NCBI GenBank assembly: GCA_030429235.1
Contig: JAUIDB010000001.1
Span: forward strand, 157,696 to 221,695
Origin: Thermoanaerobaculia bacterium
GTDB taxonomy: Bacteria > Acidobacteriota > Thermoanaerobaculia > Multivoradales > JAIOJS01
Length of the DNA stretch: 64,000 bases
Direction: 5' to 3'
Positions 27,662-36,236 of the stretch are shown here, piece by piece. A program made the translations under genes and the position numbers. Numbering within the stretch: position 1 is the first letter of the stretch; every line of letters starts with the position of its first letter. The notes beneath the pieces were generated by a model. It was given only the letters and a program-made list of their open reading frames with translations, searched no databases and was not told where the DNA came from.

Positions 27662-29368
27662 ATGCGCAATCTGTGGATACTCACTCTGAGCGGCCTGGCC
27701 CTGGCCTGTTCGGCTCCGGCTCCCGCCCCGCCGGTGGCGGAGACCGAAGATACCCTCGAGATCGCCGAAGATCTGGACAGGCGATTGGCGCAGTACGCCC
27801 GCACCGACCTCACGGCCGACCTGTCGAATCTGAGCGACGAGGACCAGCTGGTTCTGGGGCACCTGGTCAGTGCGGCTCGTATGATGGACGAGATCTTTCT
27901 GCGCCAGGCCTGGGTCGGGAATCCGGAGCTGTTGGCCGAAGTGAAAGCCCACGGAGGTGCGCAGCAAGCCGATCTGGAGGAGTTCTACGCCATCAACTTC
28001 GGTCCCTGGGATCGCATCGACGAGAACCACCCCTTCCTCGGCAGCCAAGCCCGCCCCGAGGGCGCGGGGTACTACCCCGAAGATCTGACGCGCGACGAGT
28101 TCGAGAGCTACCTCGCCGACCACCCCGCGGCGGCCGATGCCCTGACCTCGCTGACCACGGTGGTGCGTCGGGACGGTGAGCAGTTGGTCGCCGAGCCGTA
28201 CTCGGCGGTGTATTCGAAGTGGCTGGAGCCCGCCGCCGAACACCTGCGGCAAGCGGCCTCGTTGACCGACAACGCTTCCCTCGAGCGCTTCCTCGAGGCC
28301 CGGGCGGCGGCCTTTGCCAGCGACGACTACTACGAGAGTGATCGGGCTTGGATGGACCTCGACGCTCCGGTCGAGGTGACGATCGGGCCGTACGAGATCT
28401 ACGAGGACAGCCTGTTCGGCTACAAGGCGGCCTTCACCGCCTTCGTCACGGTCAATCTGCCCGAGGAGTCGGAGAAGCTGGCGGGCTACAAAGCGGAGCT
28501 CCCTTGGCTCGAACGCAACCTGCCGATTCCCGACGAGCACAAGAACCTGGGCCGGGGGAGCGAGAGCCCGATCCGTGTCGTCGATATCGTGTTCACCGGA
28601 GGCGATACCAAGGCAGGGGTCCAGACGGTAGCCTTCAACCTGCCGAACGACGAGCGGGTGCGTGAGGAAAAGGGCTCGAAGAAGGTGATGCTCCGGAACA
28701 TCCTTCAGGCAAAGTACGACCAGATCCTGGTGCCGATCGCAGCTCGGGTTCTCGAGCCCGAGCAGGCCGCGGGACTCTCCTTCGAGGCGTTCTTCGCGGA
28801 GGTCCTCCACCACGAGCTGGGCCACGGACTCGGTCCGGGTTCCATCACCGTCGACGGTCGGGACACCGAGGTTCGTCTCGAGCTCAAGGACCTCTACTCC
28901 GTCACCGAGGAGGCCAAGGCCGACGTCCTGGGTGTGTACAACATCCTGGCTTTGATCGACAAAGGCATGATCGATCCCGAGATCGGAGTCTCCCTGTCCC
29001 CAACCTATCTGGCGGGCCTGTTCCGCTCGGCCCGCTTCGGGGTGCACGAGGCTCACGGCCAAGGAGTGATTACCCAGTTCAACTACCTGCAGGAGAAGGG
29101 GGCGCTCGAGGTTACCGCCGAGGGGCGCTACCGGATCGTCGAGGAGAAGTTCGCCGACGGCATCCGCGACCTGCTGCACGAGTTCCTCATGCTGCACGCG
29201 ACCGGGGACTACGAGGGAACCAAGGCCTTCCTCGAGCGCTACGGCCACCCCACCGACGAACTGGTGGCCGCGATCGACCGGCTGAACGCCGAACTGCCGG
29301 TTGATATTCGGCCCGTCTACACCCAGGCAGACGAGCTGGTGGCGGCCAGCCAGTCAGCGAACGACTAG
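27662..29368 (+). CDS. Zinc metallopeptidase, dipeptidyl-peptidase III (M49)-like, lipoprotein
   Basis: Signal MRNLWILTLSGLALACSAP. Zinc motif HHELGHGLG followed 36 aa later by EEAKAD, which fits the HExxGH...EExRAE arrangement of M49. 568 aa. Confidence 0.5.
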   Translation: MRNLWILTLSGLALACSAPAPAPPVAETEDTLEIAEDLDRRLAQYARTDLTADLSNLSDEDQLVLGHLVSAARMMDEIFLRQAWVGNPELLAEVKAHGGAQQADLEEFYAINFGPWDRIDENHPFLGSQARPEGAGYYPEDLTRDEFESYLADHPAAADALTSLTTVVRRDGEQLVAEPYSAVYSKWLEPAAEHLRQAASLTDNASLERFLEARAAAFASDDYYESDRAWMDLDAPVEVTIGPYEIYEDSLFGYKAAFTAFVTVNLPEESEKLAGYKAELPWLERNLPIPDEHKNLGRGSESPIRVVDIVFTGGDTKAGVQTVAFNLPNDERVREEKGSKKVMLRNILQAKYDQILVPIAARVLEPEQAAGLSFEAFFAEVLHHELGHGLGPGSITVDGRDTEVRLELKDLYSVTEEAKADVLGVYNILALIDKGMIDPEIGVSLSPTYLAGLFRSARFGVHEAHGQGVITQFNYLQEKGALEVTAEGRYRIVEEKFADGIRDLLHEFLMLHATGDYEGTKAFLERYGHPTDELVAAIDRLNAELPVDIRPVYTQADELVAASQSAND

Positions 29369-29380
29369 AGAGGAGAGCGA

Positions 29381-29872
29381 ATGCGAGTTACCGACGTCAA
29401 GGGCATCGGGAAGAGCACGGCGGAGCGGCTGGCCGAGCACGGGTTTCGTACGGTCGAGGATCTGGCACACCGTGCCGTCGGCCTGTTGACCGCCGTGCCT
29501 GGTTTCGGACTGCGTCGAGCGATGTTGGTGCGCGAGTCGGCCGCAGCCCTGCTGCGGACCGCTCGAAGCCCGGGAGACGAACCGACGGCCGACAAGGGCG
29601 AGAAGCCCCCGGTGACCCCGGTTCGGGCCAGCGACTCGAAAGCGGAGAAGGCCGGGGCAGAACCAGTGAAGAAGGCCAAGGCGGAGAAGAAAGCCAAGGC
29701 CAAGAAGAAGGGGACTTCGGGGCAGAAGGGGAAGGCCAAGAAGAGGACCAAGTCCGACAAGAAGACCAAGTCCAAGAAGAAGACCAAGCCCAAGAAGAAG
29801 GGCAAGTCCGACAAGAGAACCAAGTCCGGGAAGAAGGCGAAGTCCAAGAAAAAGGGCAAGAAGGGCAGCTGA
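29381..29872 (+). CDS. Helix-hairpin-helix DNA-binding protein with a histone H1-like lysine-rich C-terminal tail (putative nucleoid-associated protein)
   Basis: N-terminal HhH motifs VKGIGKSTAERLAEHGF and VPGFGLRRAMLV. C-terminal ~80 aa is about 50% Lys: KKAKAEKKAKAKKKGTSGQKGKAKKRTKSDKKTKSKKKTKPKKKGK. Confidence 0.6.
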   Translation: MRVTDVKGIGKSTAERLAEHGFRTVEDLAHRAVGLLTAVPGFGLRRAMLVRESAAALLRTARSPGDEPTADKGEKPPVTPVRASDSKAEKAGAEPVKKAKAEKKAKAKKKGTSGQKGKAKKRTKSDKKTKSKKKTKPKKKGKSDKRTKSGKKAKSKKKGKKGS

Positions 29873-29883
29873 AGTCGGCCCCG

Positions 29884-31638
29884 CTAGGGGTCGTCGCCGG
29901 ACTCTTCTTCGAGGGGCGCTGCGTCGTTCCAGAGGGCTGAGATCGCATCCCCCCACCGGTCGGCAATGACGCGCCGCCGGAGCTGTCCGTTGCGGGTCAG
30001 TTCGCCGCTCTCGACCGAGAGCGGGGTCGGCAGGAGATGGAAGCGGCGAATGCGCTGCTCCTCGGGTTGGCCCTGGTTGAGCCGCTGCAGCTCGGCGAGG
30101 ACCCGGGCCTCGAGGGGTGCGACCTGCGATCCCGCCTCCGGGGTTCGTCGGCTGGCGGGTTGGATCAGGGCTCCGAGATCGGGCCGCCCTTGGCCGACGA
30201 CGATCGCCCGTTCGATCAGCGGCGAGCTCTGCAACCGGATCTCGATCGGGTGGGGGGCGATGCGCTCTCCTCCGGTCAGCCGAATCTGGCTGCTGCGGCG
30301 GGCGGAGAGCCGCAGCCGGCCGTCGGGGTCCAATCGGCCGATGTCACCGGTGGCGAAGGCGACTCCCTCGGCCAGCTCCTCGTCCTCACCCTGGTGCCAG
30401 TAGCGCAACATCAGACCCGGACCGGAGACCGAGATCTCTCCGTCGCGGCCCGTGGCCAGGCGAAAGCCTGGCAGAGCCTGTCCCACCGTGCCGACCAGCC
30501 GCTGGCGCCGGGCGGTGGCCGTCACCGGCCCTCCGGTCTCTACCAGGCCGTAACCGAGACAGAGGTCGACTCCGGCCGCCCGGAAGAGGGCTTCGGTCCT
30601 CGGGGCGACGGGACTGAAGCTGCCCATCGCGACCCGAACGGCTCCGCCGAGGGCACGACGCAACGGGGCCAAACCTCGCCGAGCCAGCAGCGACGGTGAC
30701 ACGCGGTCGCTGCCCTCCCTGGGCAAGGCCCGCTGTAGAGCCGTCCGAAACCGCCAGCGACGCAGGCGGCCGCCGCGCTCGATCTCGGCCTCGGTTTCCC
30801 GACGGATCGTCTCCAGGAGGCCGGGAGGCATCACGAAGTGGCTCGGCTGTTCGCGCGCCAGGGCGAGGATCGGATCGATCGGCTCGGGCGCGGCGACGAC
30901 GGCGATCCCGTGGTCGAGATAGGCGTAGAGGGCCAGTCGTTCGACGGGGTGGGCCCAGGGCAAGAGCGACAGCCCGCGACTGCCGCGACCCAGGCCGAGC
31001 CTCGGTCCCAGATACTCGACGCGCGACAGCAGGCTGCGGTGGCTGAGCAGCACACCCTTGGGGTCGCCGGTCGCCCCGCTGGTGTAGGAGAGCGTGGCAG
31101 GGTCGTCGGGCCGCACGCGGCCGCGGAGACTGTCGAGAGAGGTCTCGAGCAACCTCTCGGCCCCCTGCCCGATCAGGGTCATCAGTTGGTGGGTCGCCGC
31201 CGCTTCATCGTGTCCCTCGATCGAAATCAGTACCGGTGGGGGCTGCAAACCGGAGAGAACTCCCTGCAACAGTTCCCGTTCTCGCTCACCGCCGTAAACC
31301 AGAAAGGCCGGCCGACTGTTGCGGACCACGAATCCGATCTGCTCGCTGGCCAGACGGGGGTCGACCGGAACCGTGACCAGGCCCAGGAGGTGGCACGCCA
31401 GATCGACCACCAGCCAGCCGGGGCGATTGCCGGCCAGGACGGCCAGGCGGTCACCGGGGCGGGCGCCGAGCCGTTCGAGACTGAGGGCCAGGGCATGGGT
31501 ATCGGCCACCAACTCCTTGGAGGAGAGGACGCGGGATCCGCTCCCGTCGCTGGCGCGCAGCAGCTCTCGCTGACCGCCCCACTGCTCGCGCAGGTGATGG
31601 ACGAGGTCCCCGAGGGTCTCGAGTGGTGCGGCCGTCAT
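29884..31638 (-). CDS. AMP-dependent synthetase/ligase (acyl-CoA synthetase family)
   Basis: AMP-binding motif LSYTSGATGDPKGVLLSHRSL. 584 aa. Its start abuts the hutI stop. Confidence 0.85.
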   Translation of the reverse strand: MTAAPLETLGDLVHHLREQWGGQRELLRASDGSGSRVLSSKELVADTHALALSLERLGARPGDRLAVLAGNRPGWLVVDLACHLLGLVTVPVDPRLASEQIGFVVRNSRPAFLVYGGERERELLQGVLSGLQPPPVLISIEGHDEAAATHQLMTLIGQGAERLLETSLDSLRGRVRPDDPATLSYTSGATGDPKGVLLSHRSLLSRVEYLGPRLGLGRGSRGLSLLPWAHPVERLALYAYLDHGIAVVAAPEPIDPILALAREQPSHFVMPPGLLETIRRETEAEIERGGRLRRWRFRTALQRALPREGSDRVSPSLLARRGLAPLRRALGGAVRVAMGSFSPVAPRTEALFRAAGVDLCLGYGLVETGGPVTATARRQRLVGTVGQALPGFRLATGRDGEISVSGPGLMLRYWHQGEDEELAEGVAFATGDIGRLDPDGRLRLSARRSSQIRLTGGERIAPHPIEIRLQSSPLIERAIVVGQGRPDLGALIQPASRRTPEAGSQVAPLEARVLAELQRLNQGQPEEQRIRRFHLLPTPLSVESGELTRNGQLRRRVIADRWGDAISALWNDAAPLEEESGDDP

Positions 31639-32904
31639 TCAAGCCCCTGGGGCCGAGTGGACCAGCTGTCCCCGCTTGATGACCTGGTGTACCGGGTTGA
31701 TCCCATAGTGGTACGCAAGGTGCAGGAGATTCGGGGCGTCGAGCACCACGAGATCGGCCTGTTTTCCGACCTCGATCGAACCGATCGTCTCGCCGAGTTC
31801 GAGGCAACACGCGGCGTTGAGGGTGGCCGCGGTCAGCGCCTCTTCGATCGAGAGCCCGAGTTCGAAGACGGCGAGTACGAACACCATCGGCAGCGACTCG
31901 GTGTGGGAGGAGCCTGGGTTGCAGTCCGTGGCGATGGCCACGGGGACGCCGGCCTCCACCAGCCGTCGGGCCGGTGCGTAGGTGTGTTTCATCAGGAAGA
32001 AGCTCGTTCCCGGTAGGAGGACCGCGGTGACACCGCTGGCCGCGAGAGCCTCGATCCCCTCGGGGGAGACAGCGATCAAGTGGTCGGCCGACAGCGCGCC
32101 GAGCTCGGCGGCCAGACGAGCCCCTCCCGAATCGACGAACTCGTCGGCGTGCAGGCGAGGCGACAGGCCGTGCTGCACACCGGCCTCGAGCACGCGACGC
32201 GATTCCTGACAGCTGAAGACACCCTCTTCGCAGAAGACGTCTCCGAACCGGGCCAGACCCGCCTCGGCGGTGGCCGGGATGATCTCTTCACAGACGAGGT
32301 CGAGGAAGCGCTCGCGGTCCTTGCGGTGCTCCGGCGGCACCTCGTGGGCGGCGAGCAGGGTGGGCACCAGGTCGAGGGGGTGTTCCTCGTGGGCTCGACG
32401 GATGGCGCGGAGCTGCTTGATCTCGTCGTCCAACGTCAGGCCGTAGCCGCTCTTGGCTTCCGCCGTCGTCGTGCCCCAGGACAGCATTCGGTTCATACGG
32501 GGGCGCATCTGGAGGGCGAGCTCTTCGTCGCTGGCGGCCCGAGTCGAGCGCACGGTAGAGAGGATGCCGCCGCCCGCGGCCGCGATCTCCTGGTAGCTCA
32601 CCCCGGCGAGGCGCTGGGCGAACTCCTCCTCGCGGGTGCCGGCCCAGGGTAGGTGCGTATGGGGGTCGACCAGACCGGGGATCACGGTGCGGTTCGAGCA
32701 GTCGATCCGCTCGGCGTCGTCCAACGGGCCGAGCTGTCTTTGCCGTTCGTCGTGGCTGCCGACAAAGAGAATCGTCCCATCCCGACAGACGATCTCGCTG
32801 CCGCGAGTCCGTTCGACCTCGGCCTGCCGCGGGCCCCGTCGTGGTGTGGTTCCCCGCGGCGTCGCCACCTCGCCGATCGAGTGCAGTAGGAGGGTTCCGG
32901 TCAT
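31639..32904 (-). CDS. hutI: Imidazolonepropionase (amidohydrolase superfamily)
   Basis: PGLVDPHTHLPWAGTREEEFAQRLAGVSYQEIAAAGGGI...HADEFVDSGGARLAAELGALSADHLIAVSPEGIEALAASGVTAVLLPGTSFFL...GSIEVGKQADLVVLD closely parallels HutI blocks. ATG at 32902-32904. Confidence 0.85.
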   Translation of the reverse strand: MTGTLLLHSIGEVATPRGTTPRRGPRQAEVERTRGSEIVCRDGTILFVGSHDERQRQLGPLDDAERIDCSNRTVIPGLVDPHTHLPWAGTREEEFAQRLAGVSYQEIAAAGGGILSTVRSTRAASDEELALQMRPRMNRMLSWGTTTAEAKSGYGLTLDDEIKQLRAIRRAHEEHPLDLVPTLLAAHEVPPEHRKDRERFLDLVCEEIIPATAEAGLARFGDVFCEEGVFSCQESRRVLEAGVQHGLSPRLHADEFVDSGGARLAAELGALSADHLIAVSPEGIEALAASGVTAVLLPGTSFFLMKHTYAPARRLVEAGVPVAIATDCNPGSSHTESLPMVFVLAVFELGLSIEEALTAATLNAACCLELGETIGSIEVGKQADLVVLDAPNLLHLAYHYGINPVHQVIKRGQLVHSAPGA

Positions 32905-33563
32905 GGTGCGATCTCCGTGCGAACAAACAGCGCGAGCTCTTCCTCGAGCCAGTCTTCGAGTGCCCCGACCTCCAGCGGAGTCGTGAGTCGTGGCAGCGGT
33001 TCGTCGCTCCACTGGCTGCGGTCGGCCAGGGCCTTCGCTGCCTGCAACGGAAAGTCCGCTACGTGACCGAACTTGTCCTCGGAGGCGGCCAGCAGCTGGC
33101 GCAGGGGGAGGCGACGGCAGAGGAGGTACAGATCGACGAAGTCGCGCCGACTGCCGCGAGAGATGATCGCCCCGAGTTTCATCAGGCCGAGGTCGGTGAG
33201 GCTGGCGAGTTGCAGGCCTCCGTCCAGCTCTTCGAGTGGGGCAGCGAGGGGGTACGGGTAGTAGTACCAGCGCAACGCCGTCCCGGCGCCGGAACGGACG
33301 AAGAGGTATCCGTCGCGCGCGGTTTCGACGCGGATCCCGGGATCGAGCTGTAGCAGGCTTTGCAGCAGATCTCGGCGCTCAGGGGGTAGTAGGCGATGGA
33401 CCGCGGACATCAGATCGAGACCCCTCACCGGGCGGTGGCCGAGATGCAGAGCCAGGGCGGCCGAGCCGGCGAGGTAGTAGTCGTCGTCGCAGACGCTGGC
33501 CAGCCGCTCGAGCAGTCGATAGGCCGACGGGTCGAGGGAGTCGATCTTCAGGCTCGCGGACAC
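32901..33563 (-). CDS. Nucleotidyltransferase-like protein (AbiEii/DUF1814-like fold), tentative
   Basis: YYLAGSAALALHLGHRPVRGLDLMS resembles the GS...D.D NTase motif of the AbiEii/DUF1814 family, with the second acidic residue missing. GTG start at 33561-33563; the track ORF extends to 33647. Stop overlaps the hutI start (ATGA). Confidence 0.35.
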   Translation of the reverse strand: MSASLKIDSLDPSAYRLLERLASVCDDDYYLAGSAALALHLGHRPVRGLDLMSAVHRLLPPERRDLLQSLLQLDPGIRVETARDGYLFVRSGAGTALRWYYYPYPLAAPLEELDGGLQLASLTDLGLMKLGAIISRGSRRDFVDLYLLCRRLPLRQLLAASEDKFGHVADFPLQAAKALADRSQWSDEPLPRLTTPLEVGALEDWLEEELALFVRTEIAP

Positions 33564-33650
33564 GGAGCGAATTCTAGCAGCGGCTCGTGAGGAAAAGACC
33601 CGCCGTGGTGCTCTGGCGGCGTCGCGTGGTCCGGCTCCGGAGTTCACACT

Positions 33651-33926
33651 TCAGGCGAGGGGCCACAGCTGGGCGGCGAGCGGCGCGGCCCCCCGTGTCG
33701 GGCCGAGTACGGGGCTCCAGAACGCACGCGAACGGGCCGACAGCTGACGCCCCCCAAACTCCTGCCACCAGTCGACGATGGCCTCGCGGCCAAAGGTGGC
33801 GAAGAGCCATCTCAACTCGTTGCGATCGCCCTCCTCTAGGAGTCGGCCGATCACGAAACCCTGGTGACGCCTCGGTTGGAGCGACTCGACGTGAGGGAAA
33901 CGGAGCCGTACCGAATCCAGAACCAT
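33651..33926 (-). CDS. Hypothetical small protein (91 aa)
   Basis: ORF packed between the divIVA stop (5-nt gap) and the NTase-like gene. It is in the same frame as the NTase-like ORF, separated by a TGA. No recognisable motif. Confidence 0.25.
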   Translation of the reverse strand: MVLDSVRLRFPHVESLQPRRHQGFVIGRLLEEGDRNELRWLFATFGREAIVDWWQEFGGRQLSARSRAFWSPVLGPTRGAAPLAAQLWPLA

Positions 33927-33931
33927 CGAGG

Positions 33932-34462
33932 TCAGCTGGCCCCTCGCTCTCGCAGGGAGTGGATCGATGCGTGCGAGCTCTCGGCCTCCTCCGCCTCGCT
34001 GTCGATCAGACGCTGGAAGAGCTCCAGGGTGCTCTTGAGCTTCATCTGGAGTTCGCGCCGCCGGTGACTCAGTTCGCTGATGCGCGACTCGATCTCCTGT
34101 GCTTTGGCGATGGCTCCTTCGACGATCCGGTTGCCGGTCGCCTCGGCCTCCTGGACCAGCAGCTGTGCCTCGCGCTGGGCGGTGGCGAGGATCTCGTCCG
34201 ACACCTTCTGGGCCCGCAGGAGTGTGTCCTGCAACTCGCGCTCGCGACGTTCGGCCTGGTCGAGCAAGCGACGCAGGTGCTCGTTGTCCTGGCGGCGCCG
34301 GTCCGACTCGGAGAGCGCGCGCGTCAGAGCCTCGGAGGCCAGCGAAAGCATCTCGTCCACCTCGCGCGGGTCGTACCCTCGCATGCGAGAATTGAACCGC
34401 GCCTTGCGCAGATCCAGCGGCGTCAGGCGGAGGGACTCGGGGCTGTCATTCTCGAGGGACAT
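33932..34462 (-). CDS. divIVA: DivIVA-domain cell-division/polar-scaffold protein
   Basis: LTPLDLRKARFNSRMRGYDPREVDEMLSLASEAL, the DivIVA N-terminal signature, plus a coiled-coil. Confidence 0.85.
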   Translation of the reverse strand: MSLENDSPESLRLTPLDLRKARFNSRMRGYDPREVDEMLSLASEALTRALSESDRRRQDNEHLRRLLDQAERRERELQDTLLRAQKVSDEILATAQREAQLLVQEAEATGNRIVEGAIAKAQEIESRISELSHRRRELQMKLKSTLELFQRLIDSEAEEAESSHASIHSLRERGAS

Positions 34463-34508
34463 CGAGGGGATCTCCTATGTGGCAGGCAAGTATGAGATTG
34501 TAGCATAG

Positions 34509-35207
34509 CTACGCTGCCGGCCTGGGCCCAAAGAGAAGGGTCCCCACACGGACGTGGCTGGCACCCTCTTCGATGGCGATCTCGAAGTCGCTGCTCATTC
34601 CCATCGACAGCAGGCCCGGAAAGTCCGGGTCGGCCTCGCGGGCTCGGTCGCGCAGCTCGCGGAGCGCCCGAAACCAACTCCGGGTCGCGTCGGGGTCATC
34701 CTCCTGGGGAGGGATGGCCATCAGTCCTACCAGGTCGAGCGCTCGGAGCTCGCGGCGCAGCTCCAGCAGGGTTTCGACGGCTGCTGCCGGGGCGATTCCG
34801 TGCTTCGAGACCTCGCCTCCCAGATTGACTTCGAGGAACCCCTCTCGTCGTACGCCGCGCGCCGTCGCCGCGCGCTCGAGAGCTCGCGCGATCTTGACGC
34901 GATCGATGGCGTGGATGGTGTCGAAAAGTTCGACCGCCAGCTGCACCTTGTTGCTCTGGAGCGGGCCGAGCAGGTGCCAGTGTACGGAGGAGTCGAGATG
35001 GGGTCGTTTGTCGCGCGCTTCTTGGACGCGGTTCTCGCCGAAGTGCCGCAGGCCGGCCGCGTGGGCGGCTTCGAGGCTCGCGATCGGCTGGCGCTTGCTA
35101 GCCCCTACCAGGGTCACGCCACTCCGGGGACGCCCGGCGCGGCGACACGCGGCTCCGATCCTGGCTTCGATCTCGGCCAGTCGGTGGGCGATGGTGTCAT
35201 CGCGCAT
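34509..35207 (-). CDS. yggS: YggS-family pyridoxal-phosphate homeostasis protein
   Basis: VTLVGASKRQPIASLEAAHAAGLRHFGENRVQEA...HLLGPLQSNKV are UPF0001/YggS motifs. Confidence 0.9.
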   Translation of the reverse strand: MRDDTIAHRLAEIEARIGAACRRAGRPRSGVTLVGASKRQPIASLEAAHAAGLRHFGENRVQEARDKRPHLDSSVHWHLLGPLQSNKVQLAVELFDTIHAIDRVKIARALERAATARGVRREGFLEVNLGGEVSKHGIAPAAAVETLLELRRELRALDLVGLMAIPPQEDDPDATRSWFRALRELRDRAREADPDFPGLLSMGMSSDFEIAIEEGASHVRVGTLLFGPRPAA

Positions 35208-35250
35208 GGCGAGGCTGGTCTCTCGGTTGCGGTCGGGTCGGAGAGCGGGG

Positions 35251-35991
35251 TCAGGCCTCGTCCGACACGTACAGGATTCGCTTGCAGCCGTCGCAGTGGA
35301 TCAGCTTACCCTGGAGCCGGATGTCGGTGACGACCTGCAGTCGCACTCGGTAGTTGCAGGCGCTACAGTGCCACGGGTTGCCGGCCGCGCCGCCCCCTTC
35401 GGACTGCATGAGAGCGGCGGTGGCGTCGCCGTCGCGCCGTTCGTAGATCCGCTCGAAGAGCGCCACGACTCCTCGAGGCAGCAGATTCCGGAGGTCTTCG
35501 ATCTGACCTCGCAGAGCCGTTGCCTGTTGCTCGACCTCGGGCTTCTCGCCTTCCCACTTGGCCTGAGCCTCGGCGTAGCGTTGGTCGAGGTCGGCGAAGG
35601 CCGCTCGCTGCTCCTCGAGGGCGGCTTGGGCGTTGTCGTACCGCTCCAGAGCACCGAGAGCCTCCTCCTCGAGCGCCTTGATCTCGGCCTTGACAGTATC
35701 GATCTCCTGCAACAGGGCCGAGTACTCCCGCTGAGTACGGACCCGGCTGACCTGCTGCTGGAAGTGGGCCAGCCGGTCCTCGGCGTCGCGACTCGCACTC
35801 TCGGCCTGCCGTCGAACCCGGCGGGCCTCCTCGGCATCGGCTTCCACGGCCTCGATCTCGGCCCGCCGAGCACTGTGCTCGGCGTGTAGCTCTTCCATCC
35901 AACCCGGCACGCCAGCGAGTTGGCTCTCGGCCTGGCGCAGAGCGCCGAGCGCATCCTGCAGCTTGACGACGGTCTCCAAATGTCCACTCAT
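35251..35991 (-). CDS. COG1579-type zinc-ribbon protein (coiled-coil plus C-terminal C4 zinc ribbon)
   Basis: Long coiled-coil, then CSACNYRVRLQVV...HCDGCKRILYV. Confidence 0.7.
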   Translation of the reverse strand: MSGHLETVVKLQDALGALRQAESQLAGVPGWMEELHAEHSARRAEIEAVEADAEEARRVRRQAESASRDAEDRLAHFQQQVSRVRTQREYSALLQEIDTVKAEIKALEEEALGALERYDNAQAALEEQRAAFADLDQRYAEAQAKWEGEKPEVEQQATALRGQIEDLRNLLPRGVVALFERIYERRDGDATAALMQSEGGGAAGNPWHCSACNYRVRLQVVTDIRLQGKLIHCDGCKRILYVSDEA

Positions 35992-36069
35992 GAGATAGGG
36001 CCGAACCTCCGTGAAGCCTCTGGCGGGTTCTTCTCCCGCTCAGGGCTGTTTGCATCGAACCACGATGGA

Positions 36070-36145
<76 letters not shown>

Positions 36146-36236
36146 ATCAGGTACCCCCTGAATCGGGGGAGCGGCTGAGTATAACAAGCGCCGCCGGGGT
36201 CCGCTGGCCAGTCGAGGATCGGGCAGAAGCGCTGCC

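Noticed and set aside
29640-29872. Repetitive aag/aaa-rich DNA that could be mistaken for a repeat array or CRISPR
   Set aside because: It is the in-frame coding sequence of the polylysine tail of the HhH protein. It has no spacer/repeat periodicity. No CRISPR-like arrays were found anywhere in the window.
33645-33653. Possible selenocysteine/read-through at the in-frame TGA joining the 91-aa ORF and the NTase-like ORF
   Set aside because: No SECIS-like hairpin is evident downstream. The joining segment is low-complexity (Ala/Arg/Pro), more consistent with a non-coding spacer. I treat them as separate ORFs and flag the possibility of a sequencing error.
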